Below, in pieces: positions 8,290 through 17,530 of a stretch of 24,000 bases of DNA (positions within the stretch are counted from its first letter, which is position 1; the number at the start of each line of letters is the position of its first letter). Source of the stretch: Pirellulales bacterium (GTDB taxonomy: Bacteria; Planctomycetota; Planctomycetia; Pirellulales; UBA1268). The position numbers and the translations under genes are program-made. The DNA lies in contig JBGTKO010000374.1 in the NCBI GenBank assembly GCA_041744595.1, positions 10,904-34,903 of the forward strand, written 5' to 3'. The notes below the pieces were generated by a model. That model searched no databases and had not been told where the DNA came from. It saw only the letters and a list, made by a program, of their open reading frames with translations.

Positions 8290-9495
8290 TCAGATTATAG
8301 CGGTCAGGCTGGCGATCGGGGCCGCGACCTCGCCCCAGGCTACCTCCCGACCTGTCTCGAGGGCGGTGCGGCCAAGCAGGGCGACGAGGGTGCTTCGGCA
8401 GAGTGGACCTCCGCCATCCCCCCCGCTTCCCGCGAGGATTGCACCGACGAACGCAGACATGCAGGTCTGCCATGGGTTACCGGTGTGGCATGGGGCAGTG
8501 GTTGCCCCTTCATGAGTGCACCGCTTCGCCGACTCGATGTGGCATCGGACCAGATCGGCGGTGCCTGCGGTGCCCACGACCCTCTCCTCGATTCGGGGGC
8601 GTGCATGCGCCGATCGCACGATCTCCGTGACCAGTTCCGCTCCGTCGGCAAACTGATAGCGAATGGCCTTCCTGGAGCCGGAGCCGACTGGGGCAGCCGA
8701 AGCTGGGCACACGTCACCAAACGCCTGGAGGCTGCGGTCGATGGCATCGATATGCCGCTCCAAGAGCGGGCCGCCAGACAGCACGCCGTCGGTGACCCAG
8801 TTCCGCTGCCTGGATTCTTCGGCCGTCCATGTTGATCGAGCAGGCCGATGCCAGGGGAGTCCGAGCCACGCTCGACAAACCGCGTTCAGTGGACGGCCGA
8901 TGTCCCCTTGGCGAATTCGCGAAAGGGTCTCGATCGTGGGCAGATGGTGTCGGCCGGCAAGGCCAGACATGACAACAAGACCGCGGGCTTTGGCCTCATC
9001 GCATGCGGCGAGGACTCTCTTCACGCCTTCGGCATCGACCGCAGCAGGCCGCTCAGCATAGACATGCAACCCTCGGGCAATGGCTGTCGCAAAATGAACA
9101 GGCCTCGACCACGGCGTTGCTGCCAGAATGACGGCATCGAGGTCTGCGGCAAGGACGTGTCGCCAGGCGTCGTGCCCGACAAAGCGTCGCTCGGGCGAGC
9201 AGTCAAACCGGTCTCGGAGGCCGTGTTCGAGGAGTCTGGCTGATTCCGACAAGTGATCTTCGAAGAGGTCACCGATCGCGACGATCCTGGCCGACGGGTC
9301 CGCTTTGGCTGCCTGCATCGCCGCGCCGGTGCCGCGACCACCGCAGCCGACCAGGCCGACGCGAATTCGGCTCTGGCCTGCGGTAAAAAAACCGCCGGCC
9401 GGGACGAGGTCGGTCGTGGCTGCACAGGCAGCACCCATCGAGCCAGCCAGAACCTCACGGCGGGTCGGGCGGCAGGCATGAAACGACTTTCGCAT
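8290..9495 (-). CDS. Gfo/Idh/MocA-family NAD(P)-dependent oxidoreductase with a Tat-type signal
   Basis: 401 aa. It has a twin-arginine-like N-terminus (RPTRREVLAGSMGAACAA) and then a Rossmann motif (IRVGLVGCGGRGTGAA). Confidence 0.8.
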   Translation of the reverse strand: MRKSFHACRPTRREVLAGSMGAACAATTDLVPAGGFFTAGQSRIRVGLVGCGGRGTGAAMQAAKADPSARIVAIGDLFEDHLSESARLLEHGLRDRFDCSPERRFVGHDAWRHVLAADLDAVILAATPWSRPVHFATAIARGLHVYAERPAAVDAEGVKRVLAACDEAKARGLVVMSGLAGRHHLPTIETLSRIRQGDIGRPLNAVCRAWLGLPWHRPARSTWTAEESRQRNWVTDGVLSGGPLLERHIDAIDRSLQAFGDVCPASAAPVGSGSRKAIRYQFADGAELVTEIVRSAHARPRIEERVVGTAGTADLVRCHIESAKRCTHEGATTAPCHTGNPWQTCMSAFVGAILAGSGGDGGGPLCRSTLVALLGRTALETGREVAWGEVAAPIASLTAII

Positions 9496-9507
9496 GGCCA
9501 GTATCTC

Positions 9508-9533
9508 CAGAAACGTCAGACAGAAACGTCAGA
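9508..9533. repeat. Perfect tandem duplication of the 13-mer CAGAAACGTCAGA directly upstream of the oxidoreductase start codon
   Basis: 9508-9520 is identical to 9521-9533. On the coding (minus) strand it reads TCTGACGTTTCTG twice, 13-38 nt upstream of the ATG (complement of 9493-9495), abutting the GGAG Shine-Dalgarno-like element. Confidence 0.85.
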
Positions 9534-9626
9534 AAGGATGGTCGTGGGCAAGCGGCCGAGGAGCGTATTTCGTTCGACCTTCGAGTTAGGGCAGTGTATG
9601 CCCCGCGACATTCCGTTGCACACCAT

Positions 9627-10829
9627 TCACCGCGACCGGGAGGCAAGTCTGGCAGCAGCCTTGTAGACAGCCTGCTCCACTTCGCGGGGATCACCGAAAG
9701 CATCGCGGAATTCCTGCAGCCTGGTTTCGGCCGGGTCTTCGGCGAACGGAAGCTTCTGGCCGAGTGATTTCTGATAGGCGATGAAGTCCCGCTTCCGGGT
9801 CTGAAGCAGGTGATGGGTGAGCGCCCAGGCCGCGGCGTAGGCATCGAGCGCCGATGCTGCCTGACGAAAAGGCTCGTCGCCGGCAATGATTGCCTCGATG
9901 ACACCGGGTCGGTAGGTCGAGAGAAAGTGGTCGAGTCGCGAGCGATTGACCGCTCCGATTGCCCGCCAGCCACGGGCGCTCTCGAGGTCGGGAGTTTCGA
10001 AGTAGGTCGCGATACCTTCGCTCACCCACAGGGGCACTGGAGCGAGCCGTCGGTGCATGCCACGGTTGAATGCAAGCTGATGCGTCGCCTCATGGACAAT
10101 CGTGGCAACCATCCCGCTGGCTGCCGGGCTCGCGAGGATGTCGAGGCCAACCTGCCCTGGTCGTCGGCCGCGAGCCGCCGCCACGACGTCGCTGCCGGTG
10201 AGGTCGTAGGTGATGACCCGATTGCTCATCATGTTGTAGTAGCCGACGACCTGATCCGCGGCGGCTCCGAGGTCCGTTGCCGCGTACGCCATGTAGGCCT
10301 GGCGGTCGGCAAAGATGACGACGACGAGGGGTTGCTCGAGGCCGGACATTTCCAGGCCCCCCTTCGACCAGTAGTTGCCAAAGGCATCGTGAAGTCGCTC
10401 GAACAGCGCGGCACACCACTTCGCGTAGTCGCGGGTCGTGTCGAAGCAGATGACATAGTGTTTCGTGCGGAGGAGATCGAATCCCGGGGGCAACGTGGCA
10501 AGGAGCTTTTGGCCCAGTTCGCCGTCCGCTGTGGAAGGTGGTGCCTCGCCCGGGGCCCTTCTGGCCACCGTAGCTGGCTCGAAAAGCTCGTACCTGCCGT
10601 CGTCATGCTCGAGCAGCAGCCCTCCATCGACAGCTTCCACGACGACCCTGCCAGTGACCGATCGCCCATCGGCCGTTTGGATTTCGATGCGGCTGACCGA
10701 TCGAGACGGAGAATCTTCGGTCGAGGCGGGTATCGGGGCGAGCGCCACCGTCACGACGATGAAAGCACAGCCTCGAAGCCGCTGTCGGATTTGCGGTTCG
10801 GAGATGTCACGGGAGCGGACGTGGAGCAT
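9627..10829 (-). CDS. DUF1570-like secreted protein with an HExxH motif (putative metallopeptidase-like)
   Basis: I preferred the in-frame ATG (complement of 10827-10829, MLHVRSRD..., followed by the hydrophobic CAFIVVTVALAPIPA) over the track start at 10937. The sequence contains VATIVHEATHQLAFNRG, which I recall as characteristic of planctomycetal DUF1570 proteins. Confidence 0.6.
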   Translation of the reverse strand: MLHVRSRDISEPQIRQRLRGCAFIVVTVALAPIPASTEDSPSRSVSRIEIQTADGRSVTGRVVVEAVDGGLLLEHDDGRYELFEPATVARRAPGEAPPSTADGELGQKLLATLPPGFDLLRTKHYVICFDTTRDYAKWCAALFERLHDAFGNYWSKGGLEMSGLEQPLVVVIFADRQAYMAYAATDLGAAADQVVGYYNMMSNRVITYDLTGSDVVAAARGRRPGQVGLDILASPAASGMVATIVHEATHQLAFNRGMHRRLAPVPLWVSEGIATYFETPDLESARGWRAIGAVNRSRLDHFLSTYRPGVIEAIIAGDEPFRQAASALDAYAAAWALTHHLLQTRKRDFIAYQKSLGQKLPFAEDPAETRLQEFRDAFGDPREVEQAVYKAAARLASRSR

Positions 10830-10995
10830 GGTGCGAGGCCAGAGGGCTGGGCGAGCGACAGCGACAAACGGGCGCAGGAAGCTTGGGTGGACTGAGGGGC
10901 CGAGGGGGCGTGGCCATCCGATGCACTGGGATCGCATTCCGACCGACAGATCGCTACCGTCGTCGCCCGTTCAGTCGCCCATGTCAGTCGGTTGA

Positions 10996-11724
10996 ATGCG
11001 TCTCCCAGGAGTATCGTCTCGGATGTCACCGTGCGCCGCAACGCGAACTTCATGGCTGGCCCTGGCCCTGGCCCAGGTTGCGGTCGCCCTTTTGACCACC
11101 GGCTGCATCAACTGGGCCAATCGTCTCGATCCCAAGAAAGTAGCCCTCGAACGAGAGCGGTATGGCGCCACGGCCGACCAACGGATCGTGGAGCTCAAAG
11201 CCGATGCTGCCCGTGCCAAGAAGGACGGGAGCCAAGCCACCGTGGCCTTTACCGACAGGCTGGCCACGGCCATGATCGAGGAGCATGATCCCCGCGTGCG
11301 GAAAGCAATCCTCGAGGTCGCGGCAGGTTTCGATACGCCGGCGGCTGTGGCGATCTGCAAGGGCGGTCTCGAGGATCCCGACGAACGGGTCCGTGGAAAA
11401 GCATGCGAAGTCCAGGGCCGCCGCGGCGGTCCGGAGGCCGTCGCTCTCCTCGCCACCCGGTTTGAAGCCGATGCTTCCGTCGATGTCCGCCTCGAGGCCT
11501 TGAAGCAGCTCGGAAAGCTTCGTGACGACACGGCGATTCCAGCTCTTGCACGTGCGCTCGAAAACGCTGACCCCGCTGTCCAATACCGGGCGGTCGCCGC
11601 GCTCAAGGAGGTGAGCGGCCGCGACCTCGGCGATGACGTGAACCTGTGGCGTGCCTGGGCTGCCGATCCGCAGGCCCCCGGCACCGAATGGTCCATCGCC
11701 GAAGGTTTCAGAAAGCTCTACTGA
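10996..11724 (+). CDS. HEAT-repeat lipoprotein
   Basis: 242 aa. The signal peptide ends in a lipobox-like LLTTGC. There are repeated HEAT/PBS-lyase-like units (DPRVRKAILEVAAG, DPDERVRGKACEV, DVRLEALKQLGKL, DPAVQYRAVAALKEV). Confidence 0.7.
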   Translation: MRLPGVSSRMSPCAATRTSWLALALAQVAVALLTTGCINWANRLDPKKVALERERYGATADQRIVELKADAARAKKDGSQATVAFTDRLATAMIEEHDPRVRKAILEVAAGFDTPAAVAICKGGLEDPDERVRGKACEVQGRRGGPEAVALLATRFEADASVDVRLEALKQLGKLRDDTAIPALARALENADPAVQYRAVAALKEVSGRDLGDDVNLWRAWAADPQAPGTEWSIAEGFRKLY

Positions 11725-11788
11725 CATCGCAGATGCCTGGGCATGTCAAACGGCGCGGCTTGTGCGGGCAAGGGAAGGTACTGCAACC

Positions 11789-13456
11789 ATGAAGCGCCCC
11801 GTGCTCCCGCCGGGGTTCGCGGGCCCCGCGAGCCGATACCCTCTTTGTCACTACGCGCCTGCCGCTCCCCCCGCTCACTCATCGATGCCATTCTCATTCG
11901 ACCACGCCCTCCGGACTCCGCCGTCGCGCGGGTCATCCTGGCGGTGGCATTTTGTCTGTTTCGCATCTTGTGCGATCGTCTGCGCCGTGCCGATTGCCCT
12001 GGCACACGCGGGGCCGCCAAGCAAGGCTCGCGGAGGATTCGGACGGTTCTTCGAAGGGATGACAAAGCCCCGACCGGAGCCGACCCCCTCATTCATCCCG
12101 GTGCCCACACCGCCTGGCGCCGATGAGGTCGAGCGGCTCGAAAAAATTGCGGCTCGCAACCGACCGCCAGTTCCGCGGCCAGAGCCCGCTCGGCTTCCAT
12201 CATGGGACGAGTCGTCCGACTTTATCGAGGCCGCCAAGACATCAGTTTCCAAAATCCTTGCTGATGCCGCTGCGCGGGATTATCAGCCAGCGCCGAGGCC
12301 ACCTGAAACCGTCACAGTGCCACCGCGACCGGCCGCGGCTGGTCGAACGGTTCCGCTGGTCGTCACACGGTTGGAATCCTCGGGCATGCCGGCCCCTGCC
12401 ACGCAGCGATTCGAGCGGCTGCGGAAATGGATCGGACACACGCTCGTCATGTATCAGCGGCGGCCTCTCAACACGGCCCAGCACACGCCCTGGGAAGTCA
12501 TGCACGGATTTATCGCCTTCGGAATTCCGACCCAGATTCGGGTTGGCGGGCCGGGAGGTGACCTTGCGAGCGCCATCGGCTGGTCGAACTCGGGCGGTGT
12601 CTGCCGTGGACAGGCGATGCTGACCGTGACGGGAGACCGGCTCCACGCCCTCAAGGGCGTCGGCCTCCAGGGGCACTCTGCCCAGTATCTCGCCATTCTG
12701 GCTCAGTGTCGCGTGGCGGCTGGGTCGCCGATCGTCGTCCAGGGCAAACGGTTCACCGTGGCCGATCTCATCGAGGAGGAAAAGCTGTCCTGCAAAGCGG
12801 GCACGGAGCTCACCTTCGCACTCATCGCGCTGGCCCACTACCTGCCGACCGACTCCACCTGGACTGCCCGTGACGGTGAGTCCTGGTCTATTCCGAGGCT
12901 TGTCGAGGAGGAGATCGTGCAGCCGATCCGCGGCGCTGCCTGCGGCGGAACGCACCGGCTATTTGGTCTGTCTTACGGATGCCAGCGAAGACTCAAGGCG
13001 ACCGGGCAGCTCGACGGGGCGTACCTCCGGGCCGACCGCTATGTCCGTGACTTCCAAAACTTCACGCTCACGAAGCTCCAGAACCGTGACGGCTCCTTCA
13101 GCACCGAGTGGTTCAAGTACCCGGCGGACCGTGAGGACGACATCGACCGCAAAATCCAGACGACGGGGCACATCCTCGAGTGGCTCGTGGCCTCTCTCGA
13201 CCAAGAGCGGCTCTACGACCAGCGGATCGTCGCTGCCACCGAGTTCCTTTGTCGGGCCCTCATGCGAGAGCCCTCCCGCGATTGGAAGATCGGTCCTCTC
13301 GGGCACGCCCTCCACGCGCTGAACATGTATCAGGAGCGGGCCTGGGGCGTCGTGCTGCCGGGCGGTATTGCCGCGTTCAATGGGCCGATGAAGGCAGGGC
13401 GGGAGCGGACTGTCACGGCCGAGCAGCCCCGTGCCGGCAACAGGAAGATGCGGTAG
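11789..13456 (+). CDS. Hypothetical exported or membrane protein with a Pro-rich linker and a large C-terminal domain
   Basis: I chose in-frame ATG 11789, preceded by AAGGGAAGG, over the track start at 11651, which overlaps the HEAT gene. It has a hydrophobic segment (WHFVCFASCAIVCAVPIALAHA) and a Pro-rich region. The C-terminal domain carries an LQNRDGSFS motif reminiscent of QxxDG(S/G)(F/W) repeats of alpha/alpha-toroid proteins, which is weak evidence. Confidence 0.55.
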   Translation: MKRPVLPPGFAGPASRYPLCHYAPAAPPAHSSMPFSFDHALRTPPSRGSSWRWHFVCFASCAIVCAVPIALAHAGPPSKARGGFGRFFEGMTKPRPEPTPSFIPVPTPPGADEVERLEKIAARNRPPVPRPEPARLPSWDESSDFIEAAKTSVSKILADAAARDYQPAPRPPETVTVPPRPAAAGRTVPLVVTRLESSGMPAPATQRFERLRKWIGHTLVMYQRRPLNTAQHTPWEVMHGFIAFGIPTQIRVGGPGGDLASAIGWSNSGGVCRGQAMLTVTGDRLHALKGVGLQGHSAQYLAILAQCRVAAGSPIVVQGKRFTVADLIEEEKLSCKAGTELTFALIALAHYLPTDSTWTARDGESWSIPRLVEEEIVQPIRGAACGGTHRLFGLSYGCQRRLKATGQLDGAYLRADRYVRDFQNFTLTKLQNRDGSFSTEWFKYPADREDDIDRKIQTTGHILEWLVASLDQERLYDQRIVAATEFLCRALMREPSRDWKIGPLGHALHALNMYQERAWGVVLPGGIAAFNGPMKAGRERTVTAEQPRAGNRKMR

Positions 13457-13610
13457 GGTTTGCGGGTCGAGCGGGGCGTGCTTGATCCCTCCGCCTAGCC
13501 GTCGTACGCTTCGGGCGCGGGTGTTCCCCGACGGTGTCTCAGGCCCACTCGGCGTCTCTTCCGCGCCCCCCCGGCCGGTGCCGGACGCCCGGCTTGAGTG
13601 GAGTGGATCG

Positions 13611-14540
13611 ATGATGGCAGCGAATGTCACCCCGCAGCTCGAACAGCTTCTCGAGCTGGCAACGCGGCTGTACGAAGCGACGGGCGCCGAGGCGGTCCTC
13701 CTGCTGGTCGACAGGCGGTTGGACTGGGCTCGCGTTCGGCACATTGCAGGGTCCGCGCCTCTCCTCGTTGCCGCCGACGAAAAGGCCGATCTTATCGGAG
13801 CAGAAGAGCATGCCCTCCGGACCGTCGTCCTCGACGTGGTGGGCCTCCCCGTCCATGAGCGGCTTGCCCAGTCGCTGCTCGAATGCGTGGCGGCTGACCT
13901 TCTTGTTCCGGAGGCCCAGGTTGTTGCCGTGTACAGCGGTTTTGAAGCCGACACGATCGACTCGGTGAGCATCCTCAGGCTTTCCGAACACTTGGGCCAG
14001 CTCACGGCCCGTGACCTGCGAAACCTCGAGACGAAAGTGCCGCTCGAGACGCTCAAGGTCGTGGTTGATCTCGCCGTCGAAATCGGCCGCGAGGGCCGCG
14101 AAGGCAAGCCTGTGGGGACGCTCTTTGTTGTCGGTGATACCCGCAAAGTCATGCAGGCAAGCCATTCAGCCGGCTTCGATCCCGTTCGCGGCTATGGGAG
14201 AGTGGAGCGTCGATTGAGCGATCCACGCGTCCGCGAAGGGATCAAGGAGATTGCCCAGCTCGATGGTGCATTTGTGGTCGGCTCCGATGGCACGGTCGAG
14301 GCAGCCGCTCGCTACATCGACGCCTCTGCCGAGAGCGTGTCGGTGGCCAAGGGGCTCGGAGCCCGTCACTGGGCTGCCGCGGCGATCACCCGTCGCACGA
14401 AGAGCGTGGCCGTGGCCGTAAGTGAGACCAGTGGCACGGTGCGAATCTTTCAGGACGGCGAGGTCGTGCTCCGCATCGAGCCCTTCCGCCGCGCGATGAA
14501 GTGGAAGGATTTCGAGTACGAGCCGCGGAGCGGCGACTGA
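13611..14540 (+). CDS. DisA_N/DAC-domain protein (putative diadenylate cyclase, atypical)
   Basis: I chose in-frame ATG 13611 (MMAANVTPQ...). The C-terminal half has the DAC hallmarks in order: GTLFVVGD, LDGAFVV (DGA motif), GLGARHWAAAAIT (RHR position reads RHW), and VAVSETSGTVRIF. The N-terminal roughly 150 aa has no TM helices and no DisA-type HhH. The stop lies 7 nt before polA. Confidence 0.6.
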   Translation: MMAANVTPQLEQLLELATRLYEATGAEAVLLLVDRRLDWARVRHIAGSAPLLVAADEKADLIGAEEHALRTVVLDVVGLPVHERLAQSLLECVAADLLVPEAQVVAVYSGFEADTIDSVSILRLSEHLGQLTARDLRNLETKVPLETLKVVVDLAVEIGREGREGKPVGTLFVVGDTRKVMQASHSAGFDPVRGYGRVERRLSDPRVREGIKEIAQLDGAFVVGSDGTVEAAARYIDASAESVSVAKGLGARHWAAAAITRRTKSVAVAVSETSGTVRIFQDGEVVLRIEPFRRAMKWKDFEYEPRSGD

Positions 14541-14547
14541 CGTTGCC

Positions 14548-17292
14548 TTGGCGGTGTCATCGGAAGCCACGACAAGCGTGCCTGACCTCACAGGCAAGAC
14601 CGTCTTCGCGATCGATCTCTTGTCGCGTGCCTACCAGCTCTTCCATGCGCTCCCGGAGATGACGGCCCCTGACGGCCGGCCGGTGTCGGTCGTCTTCGGA
14701 CTCACCCGCGACCTGCTCGACATCATCGAGAAGCGAAAGCCCGACTATCTCTTTTGCGGCATGGACGCAGCAGGGCCAACGTTTCGCCACGAGCGATTCG
14801 AAGCCTACAAGGCCAACAGGGCCGAAATGCCCGCCGACCTCGTGACGCAAGTTCCGCTGGCCCGGAAGCTGCTCGAGGTCATGGGCATTCCGTGCCTGGA
14901 GCTGCCTGGCTTCGAGGCGGATGACGTGCTGGCGACCCTTGCCACGCGGGTTGCCGCCGCGGGTGGTACCTGCACGATCGCCACGAGCGACAAAGACGCC
15001 CGCCAGTTGCTCAGTGACCGCGTTGAGCTCCTCAACCTCAGAAACAACTCTGCCCTCAGGGCCGCCGAGCTCGAGGCCGAGTGGGGCATCCGGCCCGATC
15101 AGGTCGTCGATTTTTTGGCGCTCGTGGGCGACGCGGTCGATAACGTCCCCGGCGTGCCTGGGATCGGTCCCAAGATTGCGGGAGAGCTCCTTCAAAAGTT
15201 TGACACACTCGACGGCGTGCTCGCCAATATCGACAAGGTGTCAGGGGCCAAGCGCAAGGAGAATCTCACGGCTCACGCGGCAACCGCGAGGGAAGGGCGG
15301 GAGCTCATCCGGCTCGACACAGCCGCGCCGATCGACATTCCGTGGGAGGCAGGGAAGCGACACGAGCCCGACGCCGAGACGCTCGCGGCGCTTCTTCGTG
15401 AATTTGGCTTCCGCAGCCTCTTGGGGCGGGTGCAGGTGAAGGCTGCCGCGCCAGCACCGGCTCGTCGTCGGCAGGCCGCCACGCTTTTTGACATGAGCGA
15501 CGAGCCGGAGTCTGAACCGCAGGCACGAGCCGACATCGTGCTGCCAGCTTCCGCTGCCGAGGAAGACGCGATCGTCGAGAAGCTCAGGTCGCTTCGTGAG
15601 CTTGCCATCTGTGTCTCGCTGCCAAAGGGGGCGACACCGATGACACGGCCGATCGGCATGGCACTCACCGCCGGTGACATGGTCACCTGGTTTTCGGCTG
15701 ATCAACTCGCACGCCATGAACCGCTCCGGTCGCTCTTGGCCGATCCAGCGATCGCCAAACGCGGGCATGATCTCAAGCGACACGATGTCGCCCTCCGCGC
15801 GCTCGGCATCACGCTTCATGGAGCGTCGTTTGACACGCTCCTCGCGGCCTATCTCCTCGAAGCCGGTGAGCGGAACCTCGGGCTCGTTGAAACCTGTCGC
15901 CGCCACGGCCTTGGCCACCTCGTGCCGGATGATCCAGCCGCCGCCGCTGCCATCGAGCATCCGTCCGATCCCGCTGGTGCCGCGGCCCACACGGCCGCTG
16001 TCGCGGCGCTGGGCGAAATTCTTCCGGCGGCGCTCGACAAGGCTGGTCTTTCGTCGCTTTACAACGACCTCGAAATGCCGCTCTCCAGCCTCCTTGCCGA
16101 CATGGAGTGTCGCGGCGTTCAAATCGATACGGCCGTTCTCGCGAGGCTTTCGTCCGACTACGCCACGCGACTCGCGGTCCTCGAGAAGGATATCCACGCG
16201 CTCGCCGGCAAGTCATTTTCAATTGCGTCGCCGATTCAGTTGCGGGAGGTGCTCTTCAAGGATCTCGGCCTCCCGGTGATCAAGAAAACAAAAACGGGCG
16301 CGAGTACCGACGCCGACGTTCTCGAAGAGCTTGCTCCGCAGCATCCGTTGCCCGCGAAGCTGCTCGAGCACCGGCGGTATGCCAAGCTCAAGAGCACATA
16401 TGTCGATGCGCTGCCGTTGCTTGTGGATCCCATGACGCATCGGATTCACACGACGTTCAACCAAACGGTTGCTGCAACGGGCCGGCTTAGCTCGAGCGAC
16501 CCGAACCTCCAGAACATCCCGATTCGCACGGCCGAGGGCCAGCAGATCCGGGCCGCCTTCATCCCAGGCGAACCGGGCTGGCGTTTTGTTGCTGCCGATT
16601 ACTCCCAGATCGAGCTCCGCGTGCTGGCCCATCTCTCGGGTGACACGGCGATGAAAGACGCCTTTGCCTCTGGCGTCGATATCCACATTCGCACCGCAGC
16701 GGCGGTCTACGGCGTCGCCGAAGATGAAGTCGATGGCGCGATGCGTCGCACAGCCAAGGCCGTGAACTTCGGGATTCTCTACGGCCAGAGCGGCTTTGGG
16801 CTCGCCAAGAGCCTTGGCATTCCACAGGCCGATGCGGTGGCATTCATCGCCGCCTACCTCGCGACGTTCGCGGGCGCGGCGGCCTGGATGGACGACATTC
16901 TCGCCCGCTGCCGGCGAGAGGGCCATGTGACCACGATCCTCGGTCGGCGCCGCGGGATCACAGGCGTCCGTGATCGTGAGGGACGGCGTGGCCCCGGCGG
17001 CGTCCCGACCCTCACGCTGCCTGAGCGCACAGCGATCAACACCGTCGTGCAAGGCTCGGCGGCTGACCTCATCAAGCTCGCGATGCTCGCCGTCGATCGC
17101 CGTCTTCGCGACGAGAAGCTCCGAGCCGCCATTGTGCTCCAGATCCACGACGAGCTCATCCTTGAAGCACCGGCCGATGAGGTCGCCGCGGTCGAACGCC
17201 TCGCCACCGAGGAGATGCGTGGTGCGATGCAGCTTGATGTTCCCCTTGAAGTATCCGTCAGTTCCGGCGCCACGTGGGCGGAGTGCGGGTAG
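14548..17292 (+). CDS. polA: DNA polymerase I
   Basis: 914 aa starting at a TTG codon; GTG 14554 is also possible. It has a 5'-nuclease domain (FAIDLLSRAYQLFHAL ... IATSDKDARQL ... GVPGIGPKIA). The polymerase motifs are present: DYSQIELRVLAHLSGD (motif A), RRTAKAVNFGILYGQS (motif B) and QIHDELILEAP (motif C). Confidence 0.95.
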   Translation: MAVSSEATTSVPDLTGKTVFAIDLLSRAYQLFHALPEMTAPDGRPVSVVFGLTRDLLDIIEKRKPDYLFCGMDAAGPTFRHERFEAYKANRAEMPADLVTQVPLARKLLEVMGIPCLELPGFEADDVLATLATRVAAAGGTCTIATSDKDARQLLSDRVELLNLRNNSALRAAELEAEWGIRPDQVVDFLALVGDAVDNVPGVPGIGPKIAGELLQKFDTLDGVLANIDKVSGAKRKENLTAHAATAREGRELIRLDTAAPIDIPWEAGKRHEPDAETLAALLREFGFRSLLGRVQVKAAAPAPARRRQAATLFDMSDEPESEPQARADIVLPASAAEEDAIVEKLRSLRELAICVSLPKGATPMTRPIGMALTAGDMVTWFSADQLARHEPLRSLLADPAIAKRGHDLKRHDVALRALGITLHGASFDTLLAAYLLEAGERNLGLVETCRRHGLGHLVPDDPAAAAAIEHPSDPAGAAAHTAAVAALGEILPAALDKAGLSSLYNDLEMPLSSLLADMECRGVQIDTAVLARLSSDYATRLAVLEKDIHALAGKSFSIASPIQLREVLFKDLGLPVIKKTKTGASTDADVLEELAPQHPLPAKLLEHRRYAKLKSTYVDALPLLVDPMTHRIHTTFNQTVAATGRLSSSDPNLQNIPIRTAEGQQIRAAFIPGEPGWRFVAADYSQIELRVLAHLSGDTAMKDAFASGVDIHIRTAAAVYGVAEDEVDGAMRRTAKAVNFGILYGQSGFGLAKSLGIPQADAVAFIAAYLATFAGAAAWMDDILARCRREGHVTTILGRRRGITGVRDREGRRGPGGVPTLTLPERTAINTVVQGSAADLIKLAMLAVDRRLRDEKLRAAIVLQIHDELILEAPADEVAAVERLATEEMRGAMQLDVPLEVSVSSGATWAECG

Positions 17293-17367
17293 GGTCCGCC
17301 GCCGTGACATGCACGTTGCGTGCGCATTTCGCACAGCTACCTGTTCACCACGCCTTGCCATGCCGTC

Positions 17368-17395
17368 GTGGCGCACGCCTCCAGGCGTGCGAATG
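17368..17395. repeat. Left arm of a perfect 28-bp inverted repeat; the arm is itself a hairpin (CGCACGCC-TCCA-GGCGTGCG)
   Basis: GTGGCGCACGCCTCCAGGCGTGCGAATG is the exact reverse complement of 17531-17558. It lies 76 nt downstream of the polA stop. Confidence 0.85.
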
Positions 17396-17530
17396 GGGTG
17401 TCCATACTCGAAACCCCGGATACCTTCGGGAAAGCGTGACTTCGCGCCACCCCGACGAGCGTTGCAGGATCTTGTCATGGGAAGCGAGCAAAAACTCGAA
17501 GATCCGAGCGACTGTTCCTCAGGCAGCCGG

